DNA of 64,000 nt from Pristiophorus japonicus. Lineage: Eukaryota. The stretch is from the NCBI RefSeq assembly GCF_044704955.1, contig NC_091994.1:92256001-92320000 (forward strand). The letters run 5' to 3'. A model generated the notes under the pieces. That model did no database searches, had not been told where the DNA came from, and saw nothing but the letters and a program-made list of their open reading frames with translations. This document shows positions 1-12,400 of this stretch, in pieces (position 1 is the first letter of the stretch; each line of letters opens with the position of its first letter). The position numbers and the translations under genes were made by a program.

Positions 1-853
1 ATCTGGAGTTAAATAACATATCAAATGCAATTACAGCTCCGGCACCCTCTGCTTTGCCATTGTTCCCAAATGACTAGCAGGCCAAGAGCATCATTCCTCA
101 CACAACAGAATCCTGACATCAGCCAAACCCTACTCCAAGGATACACACAGAAACAGGGTGAGGGATCCTGTGACAGGTCCATCACAAAGAAATGCTGGCA
201 CTGCCAATGGGCTGAGGCCATTCGGGTTGCTTCCAGCCGAGTCCCAGCCACTGAGCGATACAATCTCCTCAGTCGGGGGTGGGGGAAGAATTAGCCAGGA
301 TTCCTACCCCTGATCGTTATCCAGAAGTCCATATTGGAAGTGTGCATGGTGCACATACAGGAGGGGTAAGTGTTAAAATCACAAATCAGATTCAGGTCCC
401 TTCTTCACCCTTCTATTCCAGTCATACCCTACCTGCTGACACACACATGAACAATGGCCACTTGGGCAAGATACCAGTGGGTGACTGACTCCTTGCTGGA
501 GTTCAACACAATCAGGGAGGAAAAAGAGCTGAAGAAGAGAGGAAGGAAAAGCAACATTAAAATATAGTTTATAGGTATATAATGCTCTAACAATCACACA
601 AGGCTAGCCCCTAGTAATGAGAGCTATAACCAGATCCAACCAGGAGGGAGAACCATGGGACTGAATCACAGATCTTATTTGAACTCACATCAGTAACTAC
701 AGAAACCACTAAGTGTGTCCTCTCAACCAGCACCGCAAGTTTATGCTTGCTCTGTGCCTTCTTTCTCCACACGGACTTTTCTCACTAGTTTCCTTCAATA
801 CAAATGATCACATCTCCATTGCACTGAACCCCTATTTCCAAACCCACGCTCAC

Positions 854-3800
854 CTGTTGGTTGATCTTTCCATCTTCAATGTCGTACTGGGTGATGACAA
901 GATGAGAGCCAGCAACCACTCCCACCAGGGACACTGCACCACTTCTTCCTGAGTACAGGAGCTCATATCGGACACTCTCACTGTGAGGGAAAAAGAGAGA
1001 TACATGGTAAATGCATGCAATCAAATGGACCAAGAGCTCCCGCTATTCTTCACCATGCAAACAATCAAAGATGTGCGGTCGCTGCATGACTAAAACCGTT
1101 CCCAGAGTAAGTGCTCAGATTCAGCACTGCAGACACCAAGTGGAGGGAGTTACGCTTCCAGGGAATAGGAAGGCAGTCACAGTCCTCACACTAGTACAGA
1201 CAGCAGCTGCCCTTAGCAGAGACCGCAGATTCAAGAGCAGCCAAACAAGAGAGAGAAACTAGGGCACAAACATTTAAATAAAACTATTTAAACAGGCTCG
1301 TTTCAAAATCAGCATCAGATTGCAGTTGCAAACACTGGGAGACACTTCACCAGTAAAGTGGGAAGTTTGCAGACGGATCTTGAATCGCAGCTCAACTCCT
1401 TGTGACTTTTAATCAGAGTAAATGTCAATTTCTGGGAAATGCACACATCACAAGCGAGTCAGTCACCATGGGCCTCCACAGGGCTCTGACAGTAAACCTT
1501 TCTCTCCAAGAACTGCCGTTTATTAACCTTAGCCTGTTTGCACCAACTGTAAAATAGCCAATGCATAATGTCACAGGTCAGTTCATAAACAACCCCTTTA
1601 CCTTTCTGGTAAAGCTTCAATCCATTTCTGATGTCCGTTTGAGAGATAATGGAGTGAAACGGACGCTTTCTTCACAATGGCGATGTACCTGACCCCTTCG
1701 GCAGAGCCAACAAGGCAACCAGTCTGAAAACTGAAACAAACTTTATCATCAAGCACACACCTGTAATCCTTCCCAGAAAAAAAAACGACCGAACCCCTTA
1801 ATAAAATTCAGACCATAACTCACTTCTGGATATATATTATAGATATAAACCACCCGTACCCCTCGATTAGATTCCAGCCTGTAAATCACTCCTGAATAAT
1901 TGTTCATTTTTTTGAACGAGTACAGTTTTCCTTTGATGGAACAGTTCTATTCAGCTTTTGAGTCTACCAGCTTACTGACTGCAGCCATCAATCTTTCCCT
2001 ATTCTCGGTGGCAAATGACATCAACAAGGTGGAATTAATGAAGCTGTTTTTCCTGCACATTTAATGTCAAGGAATAACTCGCGGTTATTATCGGGACAAT
2101 CACTGACCAGAATCCTCCAAAATAATCTGGTGGCTAATCATATTATTAGCATAACACAAGTACATTTTCCCCCTTTTCTTTTTCTCCAATTCTCTCTCCC
2201 CTCCACTGCAGAACATATTGACTTGGTGCTAAAGAGTCTTTTTCTGTCCAAGTCACCATCTGCACCCATGAGCTAGACAGTGTTAGCAGACTATTCTGCC
2301 ACAAAGGCATCATTGCCAAGCATGATACTATCTTCATCCAATGTCCACACACGGGCTTTCCAGCATGGATCACTTGATAGTGATCAGGAGCTGACCAGGC
2401 TCACCGTCCGCTCCCTAGTCCTGAGGCACTCCTACTGCCACACTGGGGACAGAACCAAGGACCTTCCTGCTCTGTAGGCCTACTACTACTTACTGAATAA
2501 ACTCACTGAGACAGTGCCATATTAAAGCAGCGTCTATTGATGATGTATTAAATCTCTACCTCAGACCAAGGAATTGGGCAGTGTTCAATATTCACCACCC
2601 TCTTATATTGCAGCAGCACTTTCCAGGAATCCATCGCACGTTAAACCACTATAATCCTGCATCACTTAAGTGATAATAACAATGAAAATGTGGGAAACAA
2701 TCTGATCTCTGGAGTGCAGATGAGGAACTGCAGGAGAATTTCTCACTGGGATTCTGTTCCTGCATCCACCCTCGGGTGTTAGTACTGTAGAGATATGTGG
2801 TTCTCACCTGCCAGTCTCGAGCGGGAACTCCCAGTTCAAGCCACCAATGTTCGAATCCCATGAGCGCAGCATTCGCCCTCCACCCGACACAGTCACTGCA
2901 TCTGTGAAAAAGAAAAGTCACTAAATCACCCGGAACCCACAAATATTCCTGTCCAAGTTTAATTAACATGACACTTAAATGGGTTATCACAAAGCTACAA
3001 AGAAAACAGTTCATTGATGCTCTTGACTGAGTAAACCTGTTATTTTGCTACTTTAAAAATAAGCAGATGGAGTATAATGTGGGAAAATGTGAGATTATCC
3101 ACTTTGGCAGAAATAATAGAAAAGCAAATTATAATTTAAATGGAGAAAAATTGCAAAGTGCTGCAGTACAGAGAGACCTGGGGGTCCTTGTGCATGAAAT
3201 ACAAAACATTAGTATGTAGGTACAGCAAGTAATCAGGAAGGCAAATGGAATGTTGGCCTTTATTGCAAGGGGGATGGAGTATAAAAAAAAAAGAAGAGAA
3301 ATCCTGCTACAACTGTACAGGGTATTGGTGAGGCCACACCTAAAGTACTGTGTACAGTTTTGGTCTCCGTATTTAAGGAAGGATACACTTGCATTGGAGG
3401 CTGTTCAGAGAAGGTTCACTAGGTTGATTCCAGAGATGAGGGGGTTGACCTATGAAGATAGATTGAGTAGGTTGGGACTATACACATTGGAGTTCAGAAG
3501 AATGAGAGGTGATCTTATCAAAACATACAAGATAATGAGGTGGCTCGACAAGGTGGATGCAGAGAGAATATTTCCACTCATAGGGGAAACTAAAACTAGG
3601 AGACATAGAATAAGAGGCAGCCTATTTAAAACTGAGATGAAGCGGAATTTCTTCTCTCAGAGGGTTGTTAATTTGTGGAATTCCCCGCCCAAGAGAGCTG
3701 CAGAGGCTGGGTCATTGAATATATTTAAGGCGGAGATAGACTGATTTTTGAGCAATGGTTATGGGGAGAGGACAGGGAAGTGGAGCTGAGTCCATGATCA

Positions 3801-6035
3801 GATCAGCCACGATCTTATTAAATGGCGGAGCAGGCTCAAGGGATCAAATGGCCTACTCCTGCTCTAAATTTTTATGTTCTTTTGTTTATTCCCTCTACTA
3901 GATTTTTCATTTTCCACCTCTCCATCATCCTCAGTCCAGAGGTTAACAGTGTCAAATTACTGACATAATTGCAGGTAGGATTAATCCTGCGTGAGATTCA
4001 AAGTTCATTGCTCTGGGAATGTCAGGGTTGCATGACACTAATCTGCTTCTGGATGTGTCTGAATTGACACGTTCAGTATCAGGTCGGGGCAAGTGCAGTG
4101 AGTTGATCATGGGATTTACACATAGGATGAAATAATCTCCCAATACAAGCAAGGACCGTCTGCAGAAAGAACCTGCAGTCACTTAAGAGATTTCATTCAA
4201 GCCTGGAGAAATCCAGATGCACAGCACAAGTTAAATAGAACTGAATGGAGTGCACTTACCCTGTCCGTAGAATAACATCAGATCCACATTCCCCTCAGGA
4301 CCTGCTTTATCCACCTGACGCCAGACTGCAAATCAAAACAAAAATAACACCACTGGAATAAGTGACGATTTTCAATCTAGCAGAGTAGAATTAATTATGG
4401 CAATATCAACTCCACAACACTCACGGATCTCCCCTGTCCTCGAGTTGAGAGAAGCGATCACATTATTTTCTGTTGCAACCAAAAATTTCTTTGAATTCTG
4501 TGTAGGTGCATCAAAATATGCAAACCGTGGTTTCCCAACATACTGACGTCTCCTTAAAAAATTAAAACAGAAGCAATGCAATGTGCAGGCAAAATATCAT
4601 TCAGGTACTACAGAAAATGATCATGGAAAAGCATTAATTCAATCATTGAATAGAAACCTTCGAGCCTGCAGCACCATTCAATATCATGGCTGATCATGCA
4701 GCTTCAGTATCCCATTCCTGCTTTCTCTCCATACCCCTTGATCCCTGTAGCCGCAAGGACCACACCTAACTTCCTTTTGAATATATCTAACGAACTGGCC
4801 TCAACTTTCTGTGGTAGAGAATTCCACAGGTTCACAATTCTCTGAGTGAAGAAGGTTCTCCTCATCTCAGTCCTAAATGGCTTACCCCTTATCCTTAGAC
4901 TGTGACCCCTGGTTCTGGACTTCCCCAACATTGGGAACATTCTCCCTGCATCTAACCTGTACAATCTCGTCAGAATTTTATACGTTTCTATGAAATCCCC
5001 TCTCATTCTTCTAAATTCCATTGAATATAAGCCTAGTCGATCCAGTCTTTCTTCATATATGAGTCCTATCATCCCAGGAATCAGTCTGGTGAACCTTCGC
5101 TGCACTCCCTCAATGGCAAGAATGTCCTTACTCAGATTAGGAGACCAAAACTGTATACAATATGCAAGGTGTGGCCTCACCAAGGCCCTGTACAACTGTA
5201 ACAAGACCTCCCCTGCTCCTATACTCAAATCCTCTCACTACGAAGGCCAACATGCCATTTGCCTGAATGATACAGGATAAAAGGAAGGTCATTCAGCCCA
5301 TCGTGCCTGTGCCCACTCTTTGAAAGAACTATCCAATTAATTGGTCCCACTCCCCTACTCTTTCCTCACAGCCCTGCATTTTGTTTCCTTTTCACGTATT
5401 GATCCAATTCCCTTTTGTAAGTTCCTACTGAATTTTCTTGCCAAATCATAACAACTCACTGCGTAAGAAAATTCTCATCTCTTCCCTGGTTCTTTTTCCA
5501 ATCACTTTAAATTTATGTCCTCTGGTTACCATCCCTCCTGCCAGTGGAAACATTGCTGTCTGTCTACTCTACAGGTCTCTCTGTTGCAGCACTCCCTTTA
5601 AAATTGTACCTCTCCGCATCCTTCCTTCCAAAATTTTAACTCGTAGCCTTTCGTGGGGAACTTTGTCGAATCCGAATCAATTAGCAGGGTTTTCAATGAA
5701 TTCGTAACAGCCACCCCTCACAAGCCCGGTTTTGGATTTGGAGAGGGGCGGCGCCACATTCGGCCTGTTCCCCGACTTGGGAGAGGACAAACCGGCCGCA
5801 CCGAACAGGGGCCGGTCCCCCCCGGTCCTCCACAACCCGGCCTCCTGGGGAAAGGGAAGACTGCGGCCCCCGACTGACTGCCCCGACCCTTCTGAGTGAG
5901 AACCCCGCCGGCCCAGCAGCGCCAGCGCCTCCTCCCAGGGACTCACCAGTCGAACTTCCCGACTTGATCCTCATAAATCGCCGCTGAAAACTCAAAGAGA
6001 GCGAACAGGAGCCAAAGCCCAGAAAGAACCACCAT
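854..6035 (-). CDS. EMC1: ER membrane protein complex subunit 1, exons 1-6 (3'-partial; gene continues beyond the left edge)
   Basis: Exons 6035-5947, 4552-4425, 4325-4260, 2901-2808, 1730-1602 and 980-854, all GT-AG and phase-compatible. Translation: [43 protein letters not shown]...[25 protein letters not shown]...[17 protein letters not shown]... This matches the vertebrate EMC1 signal peptide and [10 protein letters not shown] motif. Confidence 0.96.
3063..3886 (+). mobile_element. CR1-clade LINE, 5'-truncated (RT C-terminus and 3' UTR), in EMC1 intron 3
   Basis: ORF 3250-3744 [22 protein letters not shown]...RRMRGDLI...[11 protein letters not shown], plus a TTATGTTC-type tail. Confidence 0.9.
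4650..5264 (-). mobile_element. CR1-clade LINE 3' fragment in EMC1 intron 1
   Basis: ORF 4704-5228 carries CR1 RT C-terminal motifs. Confidence 0.9.
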
Positions 6036-6468
6036 CACGCTCAGCCCTCCAGAGTACAGAGAGAGCAGGGTCCTCCGGTATCCCAGAATGCAGAGAGAGC
6101 CGGGTCCTCCAATATCCCAGAATGCACAGAATCCCAGAGTCAGCTTTTGTAATATCCCCAGGTCGCACGGATGGACTGTTCCCCTGCGGCCTTGACATTT
6201 GGATGACTCAATAAAATCTGACGCGTTGTGTCCGTGTCTGATTTTAAAAAAATCTCAGAACTGGTTTTGCCGTTTGTAAATATTCAGGCGGAATGAAGGC
6301 GCCATTATTCCCATCACACCCCGCGCGGCGCGGGGTCCTGAACGCGGAGTCAGGGGCAGCGTGAATGTGAAGAGGTGCGAGAGGCACCCGGCACCAGACC
6401 TCGAGTAGACACACCCGGCCCCACCGCACAGCACCCACCTCACCCGGAGCAGCGAGAGCACCGACACC
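6036..6468. promoter_or_regulatory. CpG-rich bidirectional promoter and 5' UTRs shared by EMC1 and MRTO4
   Basis: Divergent ATGs at 6035 (-) and 6469 (+) have only 433 bp between them. The sequence is GC/CpG-rich over about 5700-6620 and includes a ~34-bp degenerate tandem repeat at about 6049-6140. Confidence 0.75.
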
Positions 6469-9400
6469 ATGCCGCGATCCCGCCGCGACAAGCGGGGTAA
6501 GAGCCGGGGCGGCCGGAGGATCATTTTGTTTGTTTCTTGACAAAACCGCGATGTTACAGAATCCGAGAGTTTCAACAACTCGGGGTCAGAATCCTCACGA
6601 GCCGAGGCCTGGCTCTCGGATTAAATCGTTCCATAAACTTCATGTCTTTTGTTTTATTTCTGCAGTTTCTTTGACTAAAACAACTAAGAAAGGGTTACAA
6701 ATCAAACAAAACCTGATCGAGGAGGTGAGTCAACAATCCCATTGACCGCTTTGTCCCATTAACAGGCGGCCACTCCGGCCTCTCCCTCTGTTGTATCCCA
6801 TTCTCTGCTCCATTGTCTCGGTAACATACCAGGCCATCGCTGGTCATTTCCGCTCCCAACCTCACCACCTCCCAACTGTCTAGTCTTTGGCTCTCGGTTC
6901 ACCAAGATATTTCTGCAGCTGTCGATCTGCTCAATCACATTTACACCGCCTCCTCTGATACCCTTCTCCCCAGTAAAACCCTCACTCTCTCCCACTCAGG
7001 CATGATGGTTTATGCATTTGCGCGATCTGACTGGACCACATCAAGCACAAAGATAATCCCCGTTTTTTCTCCACTACCATCTCCTTAAACTCTTATCCTC
7101 CTGCCCCCTCCACCCCTCTCTCTTGCCCAGCTCATCTGTGGCTTCCCTTCCTAATTATAGACCGGTCAGCCTGACCTCAGTAGTGGGTAAAATGATGGAA
7201 TCAATTATTAAGGATGTCATAGCAGCGCATTTGGAAAATGGTGACATGATAGGTCCAAGTCAGCATGGATTTGTGAAAGGGAGATCATGCTTGACAAATC
7301 TTCTGGAATTTTTTGAGGATGTTTCCAGTAAAGTGGACAAAGGAGAACCAGTTGATGTGGTATATTTGGACTTTCAGAATGCTTTCGACAAGGTCCCACA
7401 CAGGAGATTAATGTGCAAAGTTAAAGCACATGGGATTGGGGGTAGTGTGCTGACGTGGATTGAGAACTGGTTGTCAGACAGAAAGCAAAGAGTAGGAGTA
7501 AATGGGTACTTTTCAGAATGGCAGGCAGTGACTAGTGGGGTACCGCAAGGTTCTGTGCTGGGGTCCCAGCTGTTTACATTGTACATTAATGATTTAGACG
7601 AGGGGATTAAATGTAGTGTCTCCAAATTTGCGGATGACACTAAGTTGGGTGGCAGTGTGAGCTGCGAGGAGGATGCTATGAGGCTGCAGAGTGACTTGGA
7701 TAGGTTAGGTGAGTGGGCAAATGCGTGGCAGATGAAGTATAATGTGGATAACTGTGAGGTTATCCACTTTGGTGGTAAAAACAGAGAGACAGACTATTAT
7801 CTGAATGGTGACAGATTAGGAAGGGGGAAAGTGCAGCGAGACCTGGGTGTCATGGTACATCAGTCATTGAAGATTGGCATGCAGGTACAGCAGGCGGTTA
7901 AGAAAGCAAATGGCATGTTGGCCTTCATAGCGAGGGGATTTGAGTACAGGGGCAGGGAGGTGTTGCTACAGTTGTATAGGGCCTTGGTGAGGCCACACCT
8001 GGAGTATTGTGTACAGTTTTGGTCTCCTAACTTGAGGAAGGACGTTCTTGCTATTGAGGGAGTGCAGCGAAGATTCACCAGACTGATTCCCGGGATGGTG
8101 GGACTGACCTATCAAGAAAGACTGGATCAACTGGGCTTGTATTCACTGGAGTTCAGAAGAGTGAGAGGGGACCTCATAGAAACGTTTAAAATTCTGACGG
8201 GTTTGGACAGGTTAGATGCAGGAAGAATGTTCCCAATGTTGGGGAAGTCCAGAACCAGGGGTCACAGTCTAAGGATAAGGGGTAAGCCATTTAGGACCGA
8301 GATGAGGAGAAACTTCTTCACCCAGAGAGTGGTGAACCTGTGGAATTCTCTACCACAGAAAGTAGTTGAGGCCAATTCACTAAATATATTGAAAAGGGAG
8401 TTAGATGAAGTCCTTACTACTCGGGGGATCAAGGGGTATGGCGAGAAAGCAGGAAGGGGGTACTGAAGCTTCATGTTCAGCCATGAACTCATTGAATGGC
8501 GGTGCAGGCTAGAAGGGCTGAATGGCCTGCTCCTGCACCTATTTTCTATGTTTCTATGTTTCCCTTGTCCACCAAGCTAAGAATCCTCTCCTCCCCCCAA
8601 CTCCAAACATGTGTCTTTCTCTCATTTCTCTCCTTTCTCCACTCATACCCTCTCTGGGCTCATCTTATCCATGAGATCCAGTCTCTGCCCCTGCTGAAAC
8701 CCATCTGCTGCTGAAACCCTCATCCATGCCTTTGTCACCTGTACACTATTCCAATGCTCTCCTGGCTGGCCTTCCACTTTCCATAACCTTCAGCTCATCC
8801 AAAACTCAGCTGTCTGTATTCTAACTTGCACCAAGTTCCGCTCACCTGTCATTCCTGTGCTCGCTGACCTGCGTTGGCTCCCGGCCCGGCAAAGCTTAAC
8901 ATATTTAATTCTCATTCTTTTGTTGAAATCCCTCCATGGCCTCACCGCTCACTATCTCTGTAACCTTCACCCTATCATTAATGGCCGTGCCTTCAGCCGT
9001 CTGGACCCTAAGCTCCGGAATTCCTTCCCGAAACCCCTCTCCTCCTTTTAAGACGTTCCTCAAAACCTAACTTTGTCCAATCATTTGGTTACATAAGAAT
9101 TTGGAGCAGGAGCAGGCTATTTGACCCCTCGAGCCTGCTCCGCCATTTAATAAGATCATGGCTGATCTGATCTTGGGTTCAGCTCCACTTTCCTGCCTGC
9201 TCCCCTTAACCCTTCACTACTCCCTTGACGCTCACAAATCTATCTCCACCTTAAATATGTTCAATGCCTTCACAGCTCTCTGGGGCAGAGAATTCCACAG
9301 ATTTATGACACTCAGAGAAGAAATTCTTCCTCATCTCAGTTCTAAATGGACGACCCCTTATTCTTAAACTATGCCCCCTAGTTCTGGATTCCCCCACGAG

Positions 9401-12400
9401 TGGAAACATCCTCTCTGCACCTACCTTGTCGAGCCCCCTCAGTATCTTATATGTTTCAATAATATCACCTCTCATTCTTCTAAACTCCAATGTTTAGTGG
9501 CACAACCTGCTTAACCTTTCTTCATAAGTCAACCCCCTCATCTCTGGAATCAACCTCGTGAACCTTCTCTGAACTGTCTTCAATGCAAGTATATCCTTTC
9601 TTAAATAAGACCAAAACTGTACGCAGTACTCTTGGTGTGGTCTCACCAATACCCTGTACAGTTGTAGCAGGACTTCTCTGCTTTTATACTCCATCCCCCT
9701 TGCAATAAAGGCCAACATTTCATTTGCTTTTCTGATTACTTGCTGTACCTGCATACTAACTTTTTGTGTTTCATGCACAAGGACCTGTCCTAATATCTCC
9801 AAATGTGGCTCGGTGTCAAATTTTGTTTGCTAACGCTTCTGTGAGGCACTTTTTGTATGTTTCCCTATGTTAAAGGTGCTCTATAAATGTATGTTGTTGT
9901 AAAAACATTAGTTAATTCTTCAACATTGAATCTAATAAAATATCCGGTAGAAAGTTGGCCAAAGTATGCTGATGATTTTTTTTGAATCCTTGTTACTGAT
10001 ATTTGTCAACATCTTGTTTTTCAGTTACGAAAATGTGTGGACACCTACAAGAATCTTTTTGTCTTTTCTATTGAGAACATGAGAAATAACAAATTGAAAG
10101 ACATGCGGAGTGCCTGGAAACACAGCCGGTGAGTCACTGGGATTTTTGGTGGTGTTTAAATCACTGGAGGATAAACTTCTCTCCCCAGACGCATCATCAT
10201 AGGCAGTCCCTCAAAGCAAGGATGACTTGCTTCCACGCCAAAAAAGGATGAGTTCACAGGTGTTTCAATGAAGGACCTAATATTCCAGATCCCGAACGAC
10301 ATCTTGGAGGGTGGAAGATGCCTGTGCGTGGATTTTTTTAATGTGGGGTGGCCATTGCACACCAGCCACCACACGGGCTTGACAGAGCTAGGTCTTGGTC
10401 CAGTGACAAGGATTACCCAAGACGACTGGAAACCAGCTCTGCTGCACAGACCGAGCACGCACACATATAGCAGTGTGGGCTGGCCCACGCTGCCCCTGGG
10501 TCCTCGCCTCTTCTGGGCCCCAGACTCACGCCTTTCCTGGGCCATGATCACTTCCTTCTACAAACTCTTGCCGCTCCTTTGCCCCTCCTGCTGTGCCTGC
10601 CCGCATTGCAATCAGCGACCTCCATACCAATGGCAGTAAGATGGGAACCAGGCCACTGCGCGTTAGTTTCATTTCTGTAATGCAGAATGGGAACAGGAGT
10701 AGGTGTTGCTAACAGTCTCTTAAGTAACTATGGGTAAAACTATCTTGCATTGTGCTTCTGCAGGTTTTTCTTTGGTAAAAACAAAGTGATGATGGTGGCT
10801 CTGGGAAGGGGACCAGCGGACGAGTACAAGGATGGTTTGCACAAGGTGAGCTCTCGGTGACTGGGCCATGTGCAGGATCGGTCACTGCACATTTCAACCA
10901 ACATTTCCACAATGCAAAGTTTAACGGGTTCGTGTTTCAGATCGATGGCCTTTTGTCAGTTATGAAGGGTCAGTGACCCGATGTGTTAACCCTGCATTGC
11001 TCCCTCCAGATGCTGCCTGACCTGATGAATATTTCCAGCATCTGTAGTATTTTACATTCTGTCTTAAAAGTGTTTTTTTCCCTGCAGGTCAGTAAACAGT
11101 TGCAAGGTGAAGTTGGTCTCCTGTTTACTAATCGCACAAAGACGGAGGTGATTGAGTGAGTATCCCAACATTTTTTCTGCCTACTTTCTCTGACCTGCTC
11201 CTGACATGTTTGTAACCTTCACCTAACTGTAACCAATATGTAACAACACTGTACACTGTATACAACTGTGAAATACACACCTTGACCACAGATGGTGAAC
11301 TTGTGGGAGACACCCCTTACCTGGTCAACCAGGTACTTAAAAGGAGGTTCCACGCAGGCTCAGCACTCCTTGGTCCGGAGAATAAAGGTGCAGGTCATGA
11401 GTGACCTTGTCTGCAGTATATGCCTTGTGTGAATATGTTCTGGAGTTGAGGACTCTACATCTGGCGACGAGAAATGGGAATCACTGAACCACAAGGATGG
11501 CCAGCGGTAGCACAGAGGAACGTTACTGTGTGGGTGAGGACTGGGACCATTTTGTGGAGTGACCCCAGCAGATCTTTGTCACAAAGGACTGGCTGGGAGT
11601 GGGAGTGGCTGACAAGCGGAGGGTGCATCTACTGACAAGCTGCGGGACAAAAACATACACGCTGATTAAAGACCTGATTGCACCTCTCAAGCCGGCCGAC
11701 AAGTCCTTCGAAGAGCTCAGCCAGCTGATCAGCGAACATCTGAAACCGGCGAGCAGCGTACACGTGGCCCGGCACCGGTTCCACATACACCGGCGTTGGG
11801 AAGGGCAAAACATCTCAGACTTCATTGCAGACCCGAGGCGCTTGGCCAGCTTCTGTAAGTTCACAGACGCCTACAGGGGGGAGATGTTAAGAGATTTTTT
11901 CATTGAGGGCATTAGTCATGCCGGTATTTTCAGGAAGCTTATTGAGACCAAGGACTTGACTTTGGAAAGGACAGCTTTGATAGCTCAGACCTTCTTGGCA
12001 GGGGACGAGGAGACCAAGATAATTTACGCACGCAGCCCTGGTTTCAACATGGTGATGAACCAGGGAGTTAATGTTGTAAAAGTGATACAGAACCCTGCAG
12101 GCAGGCAAGGGCAATTTGACACCACCCAGGCAGGTAAGGGCAATTCGACACCGCCCAGGCAGCAACAGACTCTAGGGTGGGACAGCAACAGAGACAATGG
12201 CAGGAGGATCAGCAGTTCACGCCATCAAGAGGAACAATGCGTCCTGCGATGGGACAGTTGACACCCACCACCAGAGTGCTTAGAAACAACCAAGGGGACA
12301 ATCAGTGAGGAATGCCTGGTAACAGCCCCTTTGTGAACAACAATCTCAACCAATGCTGGAGATGCGGGGGTAGACATACTGCTAAAAGCTGCAAGTTCCA

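Noticed and set aside
7123-8466. 447-aa ORF as a host or domesticated gene
   Set aside because: It is a 5'-truncated CR1 reverse transcriptase nearly identical in motif content to other copies in the window. It has a LINE tail and no endonuclease.
12098-12165. ~30-bp internal duplication in Gypsy gag as a programmed frameshift signal
   Set aside because: It is an imperfect local duplication in an element with many other disabling mutations, and no slippery heptamer with a downstream structure is evident.
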